DNA of 64,000 nt from Paragordius varius. Taxonomy: Eukaryota > Animalia > Nematomorpha. Where the stretch lies: NCBI GenBank assembly GCA_964247055.1, contig OZ176054.1, positions 4,712,001 through 4,776,000 on the forward strand. The letters run 5' to 3'. The notes under the pieces were generated by a model. That model had not been told where the DNA came from. It did no database searches and worked only from the letters and a program-made list of their open reading frames with translations. The position numbers and the translations under genes are program-made. Positions 1-13,673 of the stretch are shown piece by piece (within the stretch, counting starts at the first letter, position 1; every line of letters starts with the position of its first letter).

Positions 1-3000
1 GGGTTATATAAATTGATTGTTGAAAGTGATGGTTGATTGTTGGATATTCTAATATTAGCTTGGGTAATATGAATTGATTGTTGAAAAGTGATGGTTTATT
101 GTTGGATATTCTAATATTAGCAGTGATGGTTGATTGTTGGATATTCTAATATTAGCATGGGTAAAATAAATTTATTGTTGAAAGTGATGGTTGATTGTTG
201 GATATTCTAATATTAGCATGGGTAATATAAATTTAGTGTGTAAAAGTGATGGTTGATTGTTGGATATTCTAATATTAGCATGGGTAATATAAATTTATTG
301 TTGAAAAGTGATGGTTGATTGTTGGATTATCTAATATTAGCATGGGTAATATAAATTGATTGTTGAAAGTGATGGTTGATTGTTGGATATTCTAATATTA
401 GCATGGTTAAAATTAATTTACTGTTGAAAAGTGATGGTTGATTGGATGTTCTATTAGCATGGGTAATATAAATTTATTGTTGAAAAGTGATGGTCGATTG
501 TTGGATATTCAAATATTAGCATGGGTTATATAAATTGATTGTTGAAAGTGATGGTTGATTGTTGGATATTCTAATATTAGCTTGGGTAATATGAATTGAT
601 TGTTGAAAAGTGATGGTTGATTGTTGGATATTCTAATATTAGCATGGGTAAAATAAATTTATTGTTGAAAGTGATGGTTGATTGTTGGATATTCTAATAT
701 TAGCATGGGTAATATAAATTTAGTGTGTAAAAGTGGTGGTTGATTGTTGGATATTCTAATATTAGCATGGGTAATATAAATTGATTGTTGAAAAGTGATG
801 GTTGATTGTTGGATATTCTAATATTAGCATGGGTAATATAAATTGATTGTTGAAAGTGATGGTTGATTGTTGGATATTCTAATATTAGCATGGTTAAAAT
901 TAATTTACTGTTGAAAAGTGATGGTTGATTGGATGTTCTATTAGCATGGGTAATATAAATTGATTGTTGAAAAGTGATGGTCGATTGTTGGATATTCAAA
1001 TATTAGCATGGGTTATATGAATTGATTGTTGAAAAGTGATGGTTGATTGTTGGATATTCTAATATTAGCATGGGTTATATAAATTGATTGTTGAAAAGTG
1101 ATGGTTGATTGTTGGATATCCCAATATTAGCATGGGTAATATAAATTGATTGTTGAAAGTGATGGTTTATTGTTGGATATTCTAATATTAGCATGGTTAA
1201 AATAAATTTATTGTTTAAAGTGATGGTTGATTGTTGGATATTCTAATATTAGGAATGGTTAAAATAAATTTATTGTTGAAAGTGATGGTTGATTGTTGGA
1301 TATTGTAATATTAGCATGGTTAAAATTAATTTACTGTTGAAAAGTGATGGTTGATTGGATGTTCTATTAGCATGGGTAATATAAATTGATTGTTGAAAAG
1401 TGATGGTCGATTGTTGGATATTCAAATATTAGCATGGGTTATATAAATTGATTGTTGAAAGTGATGGTTGATTGTTGGATATTCTAATATTAGCTTGGGT
1501 AATATGAATTGATTGTTGAAAAGTGATGGTTGATTGTTGGATATTCTAATATTAGCATGGGTAATATAAATTGATTGTTGAAAGTGATGGTTGATTGTTG
1601 GATATTCTAATATTAGCATGGGTAATATAAATTTAGTGTGTAAAAGTGATGGTTGATTGTTGGATATTCTAATATTAGCATGGGTAATATAAATTGATTG
1701 TTGAAAGTGATGGTTGATTTTTGGATATTCTAATATTAGCATGGTTAAAATTAATTTACTGTTGAAAGGTGATGGTTGATTGGATGTTCTATTAGCATGG
1801 GTAATATAAATTGATTGTTGAAAAGTGATGGTCGATTGTTGGATATTCAAATATTAGCATGGGTTATTTAAATTGATTGTTGAAAGTGATGGTTGATTGT
1901 TGGATATTCTAATATTAGCTTGGGTAATATGAATTGATTGTTGAAAAGTGATGGTTGATTGTTGGATATTCTAATATTAGCATGGGTAATATAAATTGAT
2001 TGTTGAAAGTGATGGTTGATTGTTGGATATTCTAATATTAGCATGGGTAATATAAATTTAGTGTCTAAAAGTGATGGTTGATTGTTGGATATTCTAATAT
2101 TAGCTTGGGTAATATAAATTGATTGTTGAAAGTGATGGTTGATTTTTGGATATTCTAATATTAGCATGGTTAAAATTAATTTACTGTTGAAAAGTGATGG
2201 TTGATTGGATGTTCTATTAGCATGGGTAATATAAATTGATTGTTGAAAAGTGATGGTCGATTGTTGGATATTCAAATATTAGCATGGGTTATATAAATTG
2301 ATTGTTGAAAGTGATGGTTGATTGTTGGATATTCAAATATTAGCTTGGGTTATATAAATTGATTGTTGAAAAGTGATGGTTGATTGTTGGATATTCTAAT
2401 ATTAGCATGGGTAATATAAATTTAGTGTGTAAAAGTGATGGTTGATTGTTGGATATTCTAATATTAGCATGGGTAATATAAATTTATTGTTGAAAAGTGA
2501 TGGTTGATTGTTGGATTATCTAATATTAGCATGGGTAATATAAATTGATTGTTGAAAGTGATGGTTGATTGTTGGATATTCTAATATTAGCATGGTTAAA
2601 ATTAATTTACTGTTGAAAAGTGATGGTTGATTGGATGTTCTATTAGCATGGGTAATATAAATTGATTGTTGAAAAGTGATGGTCGATTGTTGGATATTCA
2701 AATATTAGCATGGGTTATATAAATTGATTGTTGAAAGTGATGGTTGATTGTTGGATATTCTAATATTAGCTTGGGTAATATGAATTGATTGTTGAAAAGT
2801 GATGGTTGATTGTTGGATATTCTAATATTAGCATGGGTAAAATAAATTTATTGTTGAAAGTGATGGTTGATTGTTGGATATTCTAATATTAGCATGGTTA
2901 AAATAAATTTATTGTTGAAAGTGATGGTTTATTGTTGGATATTCTAATATTAGCATGGGTTATATAAATTGATTGTTGAAAGTGATGGTTGATTGTTGGA

Positions 3001-5265
3001 TATTCTAATATTAGCTTGGGTAATATGAATTGATTGTTGAAAAGTGATGGTTTATTGTTGGATATTCTAATATTAGCAGTGATGGTTGATTGTTGGATAT
3101 TCTAATATTAGCATGGGTAAAATAAATTTATTGTTGAAAGTGATGGTTGATTGTTGGATATTCTAATATTAGCATGGGTAATATAAATTTAGTGTGTAAA
3201 AGTGATGGTTGATTGTTGGATATTCTAATATTAGCATGGGTAATATAAATTTATTGTTGAAAAGTGATGGTTGATTGTTGGATTATCTAATATTAGCATG
3301 GGTAATATAAATTGATTGTTGAAAGTGATGGTTGATTGTTGGATATTCTAATATTAGCATGGTTAAAATTAATTTACTGTTGAAAAGTGATGGTTGATTG
3401 GATGTTCTATTAGCATGGGTAATATAAATTGATTGTTGAAAAGTGATGGTCGATTGTTGGATATTCAAATATTAGCATGGGTTATATAAATTGATTGTTG
3501 AAAGTGATGGTTGATTGTTGGATATTCTAATATTAGCTTGGGTAATATGAATTGATTGTTGAAAAGTGATGGTTGATTGTTGGATATTCTAATATTAGCA
3601 TGGGTAAAATAAATTTATTGTTGAAAGTGATGGTTGATTGTTGGATATTCTAATATTAGCATGGGTAATATAAATTTAGTGTGTAAAAGTGGTGGTTGAT
3701 TGTTGGATATTCTAATATTAGCATGGGTAATATAAATTGATTGTTGAAAAGTGATGGTTGATTGTTGGATATTCTAATATTAGCATGGGTAATATAAATT
3801 GATTGTTGAAAGTGATGGTTGATTGTTGGATATTCTAATATTAGCATGGTTAAAATTAATTTACTGTTGAAAAGTGATGGTTGATTGGATGTTCTATTAG
3901 CATGGGTAATATAAATTGATTGTTGAAAAGTGATGGTCGATTGTTGGATATTCAAATATTAGCATGGGTTATATGAATTGATTGTTGAAAAGTGATGGTT
4001 GATTGTTGGATATTCTAATATTAGCATGGGTTATATAAATTGATTGTTGAAAAGTGATGGTTGATTGTTGGATATCCCAATATTAGCATGGGTAATATAA
4101 ATTGATTGTTGAAAGTGATGGTTTATTGTTGGATATTCTAATATTAGCATGGTTAAAATAAATTTATTGTTTAAAGTGATGGTTGATTGTTGGATATTCT
4201 AATATTAGCATGGTTAAAATAAATTTATTGTTGAAAGTGATGGTTGATTGTTGGATATTCTAATATTAGCATGGTTAAAATTAATTTACTGTTGAAAAGT
4301 GATGGTTGATTGGATGTTCTATTAGCATGGGTAATATAAATTGATTGTTGAAAAGTGATGGTCGATTGTTGGATATTCAAATATTAGCATGGGTTATATA
4401 AATTGATTGTTGAAAGTGATGGTTGATTGTTGGATATTCTAATATTAGCTTGGGTAATATGAATTGATTGTTGAAAAGTGATGGTTGATTGTTGGATATT
4501 CTAATATTAGCATGGGTAATATAAATTGATTGTTGAAAGTGATGGTTGATTGTTGGATATTCTAATATTAGCATGGGTAATATAAATTTAGTGTGTAAAA
4601 GTGATGGTTGATTGTTGGATATTCTAATATTAGCATGGGTAATATAAATTGATTGTTGAAAGTGATGGTTGATTTTTGGATATTCTAATATTAGCATGGT
4701 TAAAATTAATTTACTGTTGAAAGGTGATGGTTGATTGGATGTTCTATTAGCATGGGTAATATAAATTGATTGTTGAAAAGTGATGGTCGATTGTTGGATA
4801 TTCAAATATTAGCATGGGTTATTTAAATTGATTGTTGAAAGTGATGGTTGATTGTTGGATATTCTAATATTAGCTTGGGTAATATGAATTGATTGTTGAA
4901 AAGTGATGGTTGATTGTTGGATATTCTAATATTAGCATGGGTAATATAAATTGATTGTTGAAAGTGATGGTTGATTGTTGGATATTCTAATATTAGCATG
5001 GGTAATATAAATTTAGTGTCTAAAAGTGATGGTTGATTGTTGGATATTCTAATATTAGCTTGGGTAATATAAATTGATTGTTGAAAGTGATGGTTGATTT
5101 TTGGATATTCTAATATTAGCATGGTTAAAATTAATTTACTGTTGAAAAGTGATGGTTGATTGGATGTTCTATTAGCATGGGTAATATAAATTGATTGTTG
5201 AAAAGTGATGGTCGATTGTTGGATATTCAAATATTAGCATGGGTTATATAAATTGATTGTTGAAA
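1..5265. repeat. 2,955/2,956-bp higher-order duplication (1-2310 matches 2957-5265), repeated within the 13.2-kb copy
   Basis: ORF offsets 700/3656, 1422/4377 and 1868/4823; identical order of variant monomers. Confidence 0.88.
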
Positions 5266-7779
5266 AGTGATGGTTGATTGTTGGATATCCCAATATTAGC
5301 ATGGGTAATATAAATTGATTGTTGAAAAGTGATGGTTGATTGTTGGATATTCTAATATTAGCATGGGTAATATAAATTGATTGTTGAAAAGTGATGGTTG
5401 ATTGTTGGATATTCAAATATTAGCATGGGTTATATAAATTGATTGTTGAAAAGTGATGGTTGATTGTTGGATATCCCAATATTAGCATGGGTAATATATA
5501 TTGATTGTTGAAAAGTCATGGTTGATTGTTGGATATTCTAATATTAGCATTGGTAATATAAATTGATTGTTGAAAAGTGATGGTTGATTGTTGGATATTC
5601 TAATATTAGCATGAATAATATAAATTGATTGTTGAAAAGTCATGGTTGATTGTTGGATAATCTAATATTAGCATGGGTAATATAAATTGATTGTTGAAAA
5701 GTTATGGTTGATTGTTGGATAATCTAATATTAGCATGGTTAATATAAATTAATTGTTGAAAAGTGATGGTTGATTGTTGGATATTCAAATATTAGCATGG
5801 ATAATATAAATTGATTGTTGAAAAGTTATGGTTGATTGTTGGATATTCTAATATTAGCATGGGTAATATAAATTAATTGTTGAAAAATCATGGTTGATTG
5901 TTGGATATTCTAATATTAGCATGGGTAATATAAATTAATTGTTGAAAAGTGATGGTTGATTGTTGGATATTCTAATATTAGCATGGGTATGAAAGTGATG
6001 GTTGACTGTTGGATATTCTAATATTAGCATGGTTAAAATAAATTTATTGTTGAAAGTGATGGTTTATTGTTGGATATTCTAATATTAGCATGGGTTAAAA
6101 TTGATTGTTGAAAGTGATGGTTGATTGTTGGATATTCTAATATTAGCTTGGGTAATATGAATTGATTGTTGAAAAGTGATGGTTTATTGTTGGATATTCT
6201 AATATTAGCAGTGATGGTTGATTGTTGGATATTCTAATATTAGCATGGGTAAAATAAATTTATTGTTGAAAGTGATGGTTGATTGTTGGATATTCTAATA
6301 TTAGCATGGTTAAAATTAATTTACTGTTGAAAAGTGATGGTTGATTGGATGTTCTATTAGCATGGGTAATATAAATTGATTGTTGAAAAGTGATGGTCGA
6401 TTGTTGGATATTCTAATATTAGCATGGTTAAAATTAATTTACTGTTGAAAAGTGATGGTTGATTGGATGTTCTATTAGCATGGGTAATATAAATTGATTG
6501 TTGAAAAGTGATGGTCGATTGTTGGATATTCAAATATTAGCATGGGTTATATAAATTGATTGTTGAAAGTGATGGTTGATTGTTGGATATTCTAATATTA
6601 GCTTGGGTAATATGAATTGATTGTTGAAAAGTGATGGTTGATTGTTGGATATTCTAATATTAGCATGGTTAAAATTAATTTACTGTTGAAAAGTGATGGT
6701 TGATTGGATGTTCTATTAGCATGGGTAATATAAATTGATTGTTGAAAAGTGATGGTCGATTGTTGGATATTCAAATATTAGCATGGGTTATATAAATTAA
6801 TTGTTGAAAAATCATGGTTGATTGTTGGATATTCTAATATTAGCATGGGTAATATAAATTAATTGTTGAAAAGTGATGGTTGATTGTTGGATATTCTAAT
6901 ATTAGCATGGGTATGAAAGTGATGGTTGATTGTTGGATATTCTAATATTAGCATGGTTAAAATAAATTTATTGTTGAAAATGATGGTTTATTGTTGGATA
7001 TTCTAATATTAGCATGCGTATGAAAGTGATGGTTGATTGTTGGATATTCTAATATTAGCATGGTTAAAATAAATTTATTGTTGAAAGTGATGGTTTATTG
7101 TTGGATATTCTAATATTAGCATGGGTTATATAAATTGATTGTTGAAAGTGATGGTTGATTGTTGGATATTCTAATATTAGCATGGGTTATATAAATTTAT
7201 TGTTGAAAAGTGATGGTTGATTGTTGGATATTCTAATATTAGCATGGGTAATATAAATTGATTGTTGAAAGTGATGGTTGATTGTTGGATATTCTAATAT
7301 TAGCATGGGTAATATAAATTTAGTGTGTAAAAGTGATGGTTGATTGTTGGATATTCTAATATTAGCATGGGTAATATAAATTGATTGTTGAAAGTGATGG
7401 TTGATTGTTGGATATTCTAATATTAGCATGGTTAAAATTAATTTACTGTTGAAAAGTGATGGTTGATTGGATGTTCTATTAGCATGGGTAATATAAATTG
7501 ATTGTTGAAAAGTGATGGTCGATTGTTGGATATTCAAATATTAGCATGGGCTATATGAATTGATTGTTGAAAAGTGATGGTTGATTGTTGGATATTCTAA
7601 TATTAGCATGGGTTATATAAATTGATTGTTGAAAAGTGATGGTTCATTGTTGGATATCCCAATATTAGCATGGGTAATATAAATTGATTGTTGAAAGTGA
7701 TGGTTTATTGTTGGATATTCTAATATTAGCATGGTTAAAATAAATTTATTGTTTAAAGTGATGGTTGATTGTTGGATAT

Positions 7780-9362
7780 TCTAATATTAGCATGGGTAAT
7801 ATAAATTGATTGTTGAAAGTGATGGTTGATTTTTGGATATTCTAATATTAGCATATTTACTGTTGAAAGGTGATGGTTGATTGGATGTTCTATTAGCATG
7901 GGTAATATAAATTGATTGTTGAAAAGTGATGGTCGATTGTTGGATATTCAAATATTAGCATGGGTTATTTAAATTGATTGTTGAAAGTGATGGTTGATTG
8001 TTGGATATTCTAATATTAGCTTGGGTAATATGAATTGATTGTTGAAAAGTGATGGTTGATTGTTAGATATTCTAATATTAGCATGGGTAATATAAATTGA
8101 TTGTTGAAAGTGATGGTTGATTGTTGGATATTCTAATATTAGCATGGGTAATATAAATTTAGAGTCTAAAAGTGATGGTTGATTGTTGGATATTCTAATA
8201 TTAGCTTGGGTAATATAAATTGATTGTTGAAAGTGATGGTTGATTTTTGGATATTCTAATATTAGCATGGTTAAAATTAATTTACTGTTGAAAAGTGATG
8301 GTTGATTGGATGTTCTATTAGCATGGGTAATATAAATTGATTGTTGAAAAGTGATGGTCGATTGTTGGATATTCAAATATTAGCATGGGTTATATAAATT
8401 GATTGTTGAAAGTGATGGTTGATTGTTGGATATTCAAATATTAGCTTGGGTTATATAAATTGATTGTTGAAAAGTGATGGTTGATTGTTGGATATTCTAA
8501 TATTAGCATGGGTAATATAAATTGATTGTTGAAAGTGATGGTTGATTGTTGGATATTCTAATATTAGCATGGGTAATATAAATTTAGTGTGTAAAAGTGA
8601 TGGTTGATTGTTGGATATTCTAATATTAGCATGGGTAATATAAATTGATTGTTGAAAGTGATGGTTGATTTTTGGATATTCTAATATTAGCATATTTACT
8701 GTTGAAAGGTGATGGTTGATTGGATGTTCTATTAGCATGGGTAATATAAATTGATTGTTGAAAAGTGATGGTCGATTGTTGGATATTCAAATATTAGCAT
8801 GGGTTATTTAAATTGATTGTTGAAAGTGATGGTTGATTGTTGGATATTCTAATATTAGCTTGGGTAATATGAATTGATTGTTGAAAAGTGATGGTTGATT
8901 GTTGGATATTCTAATATTAGCATGGGTAATATAAATTGATTGTTGAAAGTGATGGTTGATTGTTGGATATTCTAATATTAGCATGGGTAATATAAATTTA
9001 GAGTCTAAAAGTGATGGTTGATTGTTGGATATTCTAATATTAGCTTGGGTAATATAAATTGATTGTTGAAAGTGATGGTTGATTTTTGGATATTCTAATA
9101 TTAGCATGGTTAAAATTAATTTACTGTTGAAAAGTGATGGTTGATTGGATGTTCTATTAGCATGGGTAATATAAATTGATTGTTGAAAAGTGATGGTCGA
9201 TTGTTGGATATTCAAATATTAGCATGGGTTATATAAATTGATTGTTGAAAGTGATGGTTGATTGTTGGATATTCAAATATTAGCTTGGGTTATATAAATT
9301 GATTGTTGAAAAGTGATGGTTGATTGTTGGATATTCTAATATTAGCATGGGTAATATAAATT
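7780..9362. repeat. 839-bp tandem duplication
   Basis: ORFs 7969/8808; the GCATATTTAC marker occurs at about 7851 and 8690. Confidence 0.82.
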
Positions 9363-12159
9363 TAGTGTGTAAAAGTGATGGTTGATTGTTGGATATTCTA
9401 ATATTAGCATGGGTTATATAAATTGATTGTTGAAAAGTGATGGTTGATTGTTGGATATCCCAATATTAGCATGGGTAATATAAATTGATTGTTGAAAAGT
9501 GATGGTTGATTGTTGGATATTCTAATATTAGCATGGGTAATATAAATTGATTGTTGAAAAGTGATGGTTGATTGTTGGATATTCAAATATTAGCATGGGT
9601 TATATAAATTGATTGTTGAAAAGTGATGGTTGATTGTTGGATATCCCAATATTAGCATGGGTAATATATATTGATTGTTGAAAAGTCATGGTTGATTGTT
9701 GGATATTCTAATATTAGCATTAGTAATATAAATTGATTGTTGAAAAGTGATGGTTGATTGTTGGATATTCTAATATTAGCATGAATAATATAAATTGATT
9801 GTTGAAAAGTCATGGTTGATTGTTGGATAATCTAATATTAGCATGGGTAATATAAATTGATTGTTGAAAAGTTATGGTTGATTGTTGGATAATCTAATAT
9901 TAGCATGGGTGATATAAATTAATTGTTGAAAAGTGATGGTTGATTGTTGGATATTCAAATATTAGCATGGGTAATATAAATTGATTGTTGAAAAATCATG
10001 GTTGATTGTTGGATATTCTAATATTAGCATGGGTAATATAAATTGATTGTTGAAAAGTCATAATTGATTGTTGGATATTCTTATATTAACATGGGTAATA
10101 TAAATTAATTGTTGAAAAGTGATGGTTGATTGTTGGATATTCTAATATTAGCATGGGTAATATAAATTGATTGTTGAAAAGTTATGGTTGATTGTTGGAT
10201 AATCTAATATTAGCATGGTTAATATAAATTAATTGTTGAAAAGTGATGGTTGATTGTTGGATATTCAAATATTAGCATGGATAATATAAATTGATTGTTG
10301 AAAAGTTATGGTTGATTGTTGGATATTCTAATATTAGCATGGGTAATATAAATTAATTGTTGAAAAATCATGGTTGATTGTTGGATATTCTAATATTAGC
10401 ATGGGTAATATAAATTAATTGTTGAAAAGTGATGGTTGATTGTTGGATATTCTAATATTAGCATGGGTATGAAAGTGATGGTTGATTGTTGGATATTCTA
10501 ATATTAGCATGGTTAAAATAAATTTATTGTTGAAAGTGATGGTTTATTGTTGGATATTCTAATATTAGCATGGGTTATATAAATTGATTGTTGAAAGTGA
10601 TGGTTGATTGTTGGATATTCTAATATTAGCTTGGGTAATATGAATTGATTGTTGAAAAGTGATGGTTTATTGTTGGATATTCTAATATTAGCAGTGATGG
10701 TTGATTGTTGGATATTCTAATATTAGCATGGGTAAAATAAATTTATTGTTGAAAGTGATGGTTGATTGTTGGATATTCTAATATTAACATGGGTAATATA
10801 AATTTAGTGTGTAAAAGTGATGGTTGATTGTTGGATATTCTAATATTAGCATGGGTAATATAAATTGATTGTTGAAAGTGATGGTTGATTTTTGGATATT
10901 CTAATATTAGCATATTTACTGTTGAAAGGTGATGGTTGATTGGATGTTCTATTAGCATGGGTAATATAAATTGATTGTTGAAAAGTGATGGTCGATTGTT
11001 GGATATTCAAATATTAGCATGGGTTATTTAAATTGATTGTTGAAAGTGATGGTTGATTGTTGGATATTCTAATATTAGCTTGGGTAATATGAATTGATTG
11101 TTGAAAAGTGATGGTTGATTGTTGGATATTCTAATATTAGCATGGGTAATATAAATTGATTGTTGAAAGTGATGGTTGATTGTTGGATATTCTAATATTA
11201 GCATGGGTAATATAAATTTAGAGTCTAAAAGTGATGGTTGATTGTTGGATATTCTAATATTAGCTTGGGTAATATAAATTGATTGTTGAAAGTGATGGTT
11301 GATTTTTGGATATTCTAATATTAGCATGGTTAAAATTAATTTACTGTTGAAAAGTGATGGTTGATTGGATGTTCTATTAGCATGGGTAATATAAATTGAT
11401 TGTTGAAAAGTGATGGTCGATTGTTGGATATTCAAATATTAGCATGGGTTATATAAATTGATTGTTGAAAGTGATGGTTGATTGTTGGATATTCAAATAT
11501 TAGCTTGGGTTATATAAATTGATTGTTGAAAAGTGATGGTTGATTGTTGGATATTCTAATATTAGCATGGGTAATATAAATTTAGTGTGTAAAAGTGATG
11601 GTTGATTGTTGGATATTCTAATATTAGCATGGGTTATATAAATTGGTTGTTGAAAAGTGATGGTTGATTGTTGGATATCCCAATATTAGCATGGGTAATA
11701 TAAATTGATTGTTGAAAAGTGATGGTTGATTGTTGGATATTCTAATATTAGCATGGGTAATATAAATTGATTGTTGAAAAGTGATGGTTGATTGTTGGAT
11801 ATTCTAATATTAGCATTGGTAATATAAATTGATTGTTGAAAAGTGATGGTTGATTGTTGGATATCCCAATATTAGCATGGGTAATATATATTGATTGTTG
11901 AAAAGTCATGGTTGATTGTTGGATATTCTAATATTAGCTTGGGTAATATGAATTGATTGTTGAAAAGTGATGGTTGATTGTTGGATATTCTAATATTAGC
12001 ATGGGTAAAATAAATTTATTGTTGAAAGTGATGGTTGATTGTTGGATATTCTAATATTAGCATGGGTAATATAAATTTAGTGTGTAAAAGTCATGGTTGA
12101 TTGTTGGATATTCTAATATTAGCATGGGTAATATAAATTGATTGTTGAAAAGTGATGGT

Positions 12160-13673
12160 TGATTGTTGGATATTCAAATATTAGCATGGGTTATATAAAT
12201 TGATTGTTGAAAAGTGATGGTTGATTGTTGGATATCCAAATATTAGCATGGGTAATATAAATTGATTGCTGAAAGTGATGGTTTATTGTTGGATATTCTA
12301 ATATTAGCATGGTTAAAATAAATTTATTGTTTAAAGTGATGGTTGATTGTTGGATATTCTAATATTAGCATGGTTAAAATAAATTTATTGTTGAAAGTGA
12401 TGGTTTATTGTTGGATATTCTAATATTAGCATGGGTTATATAAATTGATTGTTGAAAGTGATGGTTGATTGTTGGATATTCTAATATTAGCTTGGGTAAT
12501 ATGAATTGATTGTTGAAAAGTGATGGTTTATTGTTGGATATTCTAATATTAGCAGTGATGGTTGATTGTTGGATATTCTAATATTAGCATGGGTAAAATA
12601 AATTTATTGTTGAAAGTGATGGTTGATTGTTGGATATTCTAATATTAGCATGGGTAATATAAATTTAGTGTGTAAAAGTGATGGTTGATTGTTGGATATT
12701 CTAATATTAGCATGGGTAATATAAATTTATTGTTGAAAAGTGATGGTTGATTGTTGGATTATCTAATATTAGCATGGGTAATATAAATTGATTGTTGAAA
12801 GTGATGGTTGATTGTTGGATATTCTAATATTAGCATGGTTAAAATTAATTTACTGTTGAAAAGTGATGGTTGATTGGATGTTCTATTAGCATGGGTAATA
12901 TAAATTGATTGTTGAAAAGTGATGGTTGATTGTTGGATATTCAAATATTAGCATGGGTTATATAAATTGATTGTTGAAAAGTGATGGTTGATTGTTGGAT
13001 ATCCAAATATTAGCATGGGTAATATAAATTGATTGCTGAAAGTGATGGTTTATTGTTGGATATTCTAATATTAGCATGGTTAAAATAAATTTATTGTTTA
13101 AAGTGATGGTTGATTGTTGGATATTCTAATATTAGCATGGTTAAAATAAATTTATTGTTGAAAGTGATGGTTTATTGTTGGATATTCTAATATTAGCATG
13201 GGTTATATAAATTGATTGTTGAAAGTGATGGTTGATTGTTGGATATTCTAATATTAGCTTGGGTAATATGAATTGATTGTTGAAAAGTGATGGTTTATTG
13301 TTGGATATTCTAATATTAGCAGTGATGGTTGATTGTTGGATATTCTAATATTAGCATGGGTAAAATAAATTTATTGTTGAAAGTGATGGTTGATTGTTGG
13401 ATATTCTAATATTAGCATGGGTAATATAAATTTAGTGTGTAAAAGTGATGGTTGATTGTTGGATATTCTAATATTAGCATGGGTAATATAAATTTATTGT
13501 TGAAAAGTGATGGTTGATTGTTGGATTATCTAATATTAGCATGGGTAATATAAATTGATTGTTGAAAGTGATGGTTGATTGTTGGATATTCTAATATTAG
13601 CATGGTTAAAATTAATTTACTGTTGAAAAGTGATGGTTGATTGGATGTTCTATTAGCATGGGTAATATAAATT
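12160..13673. repeat. 767-bp tandem duplication
   Basis: Private variants GATTGCTGAA (C12269/C13036) and ATCCAAAT (12236/13003) recur at +767; the same period is seen at ORFs 2516/3283. Confidence 0.82.
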
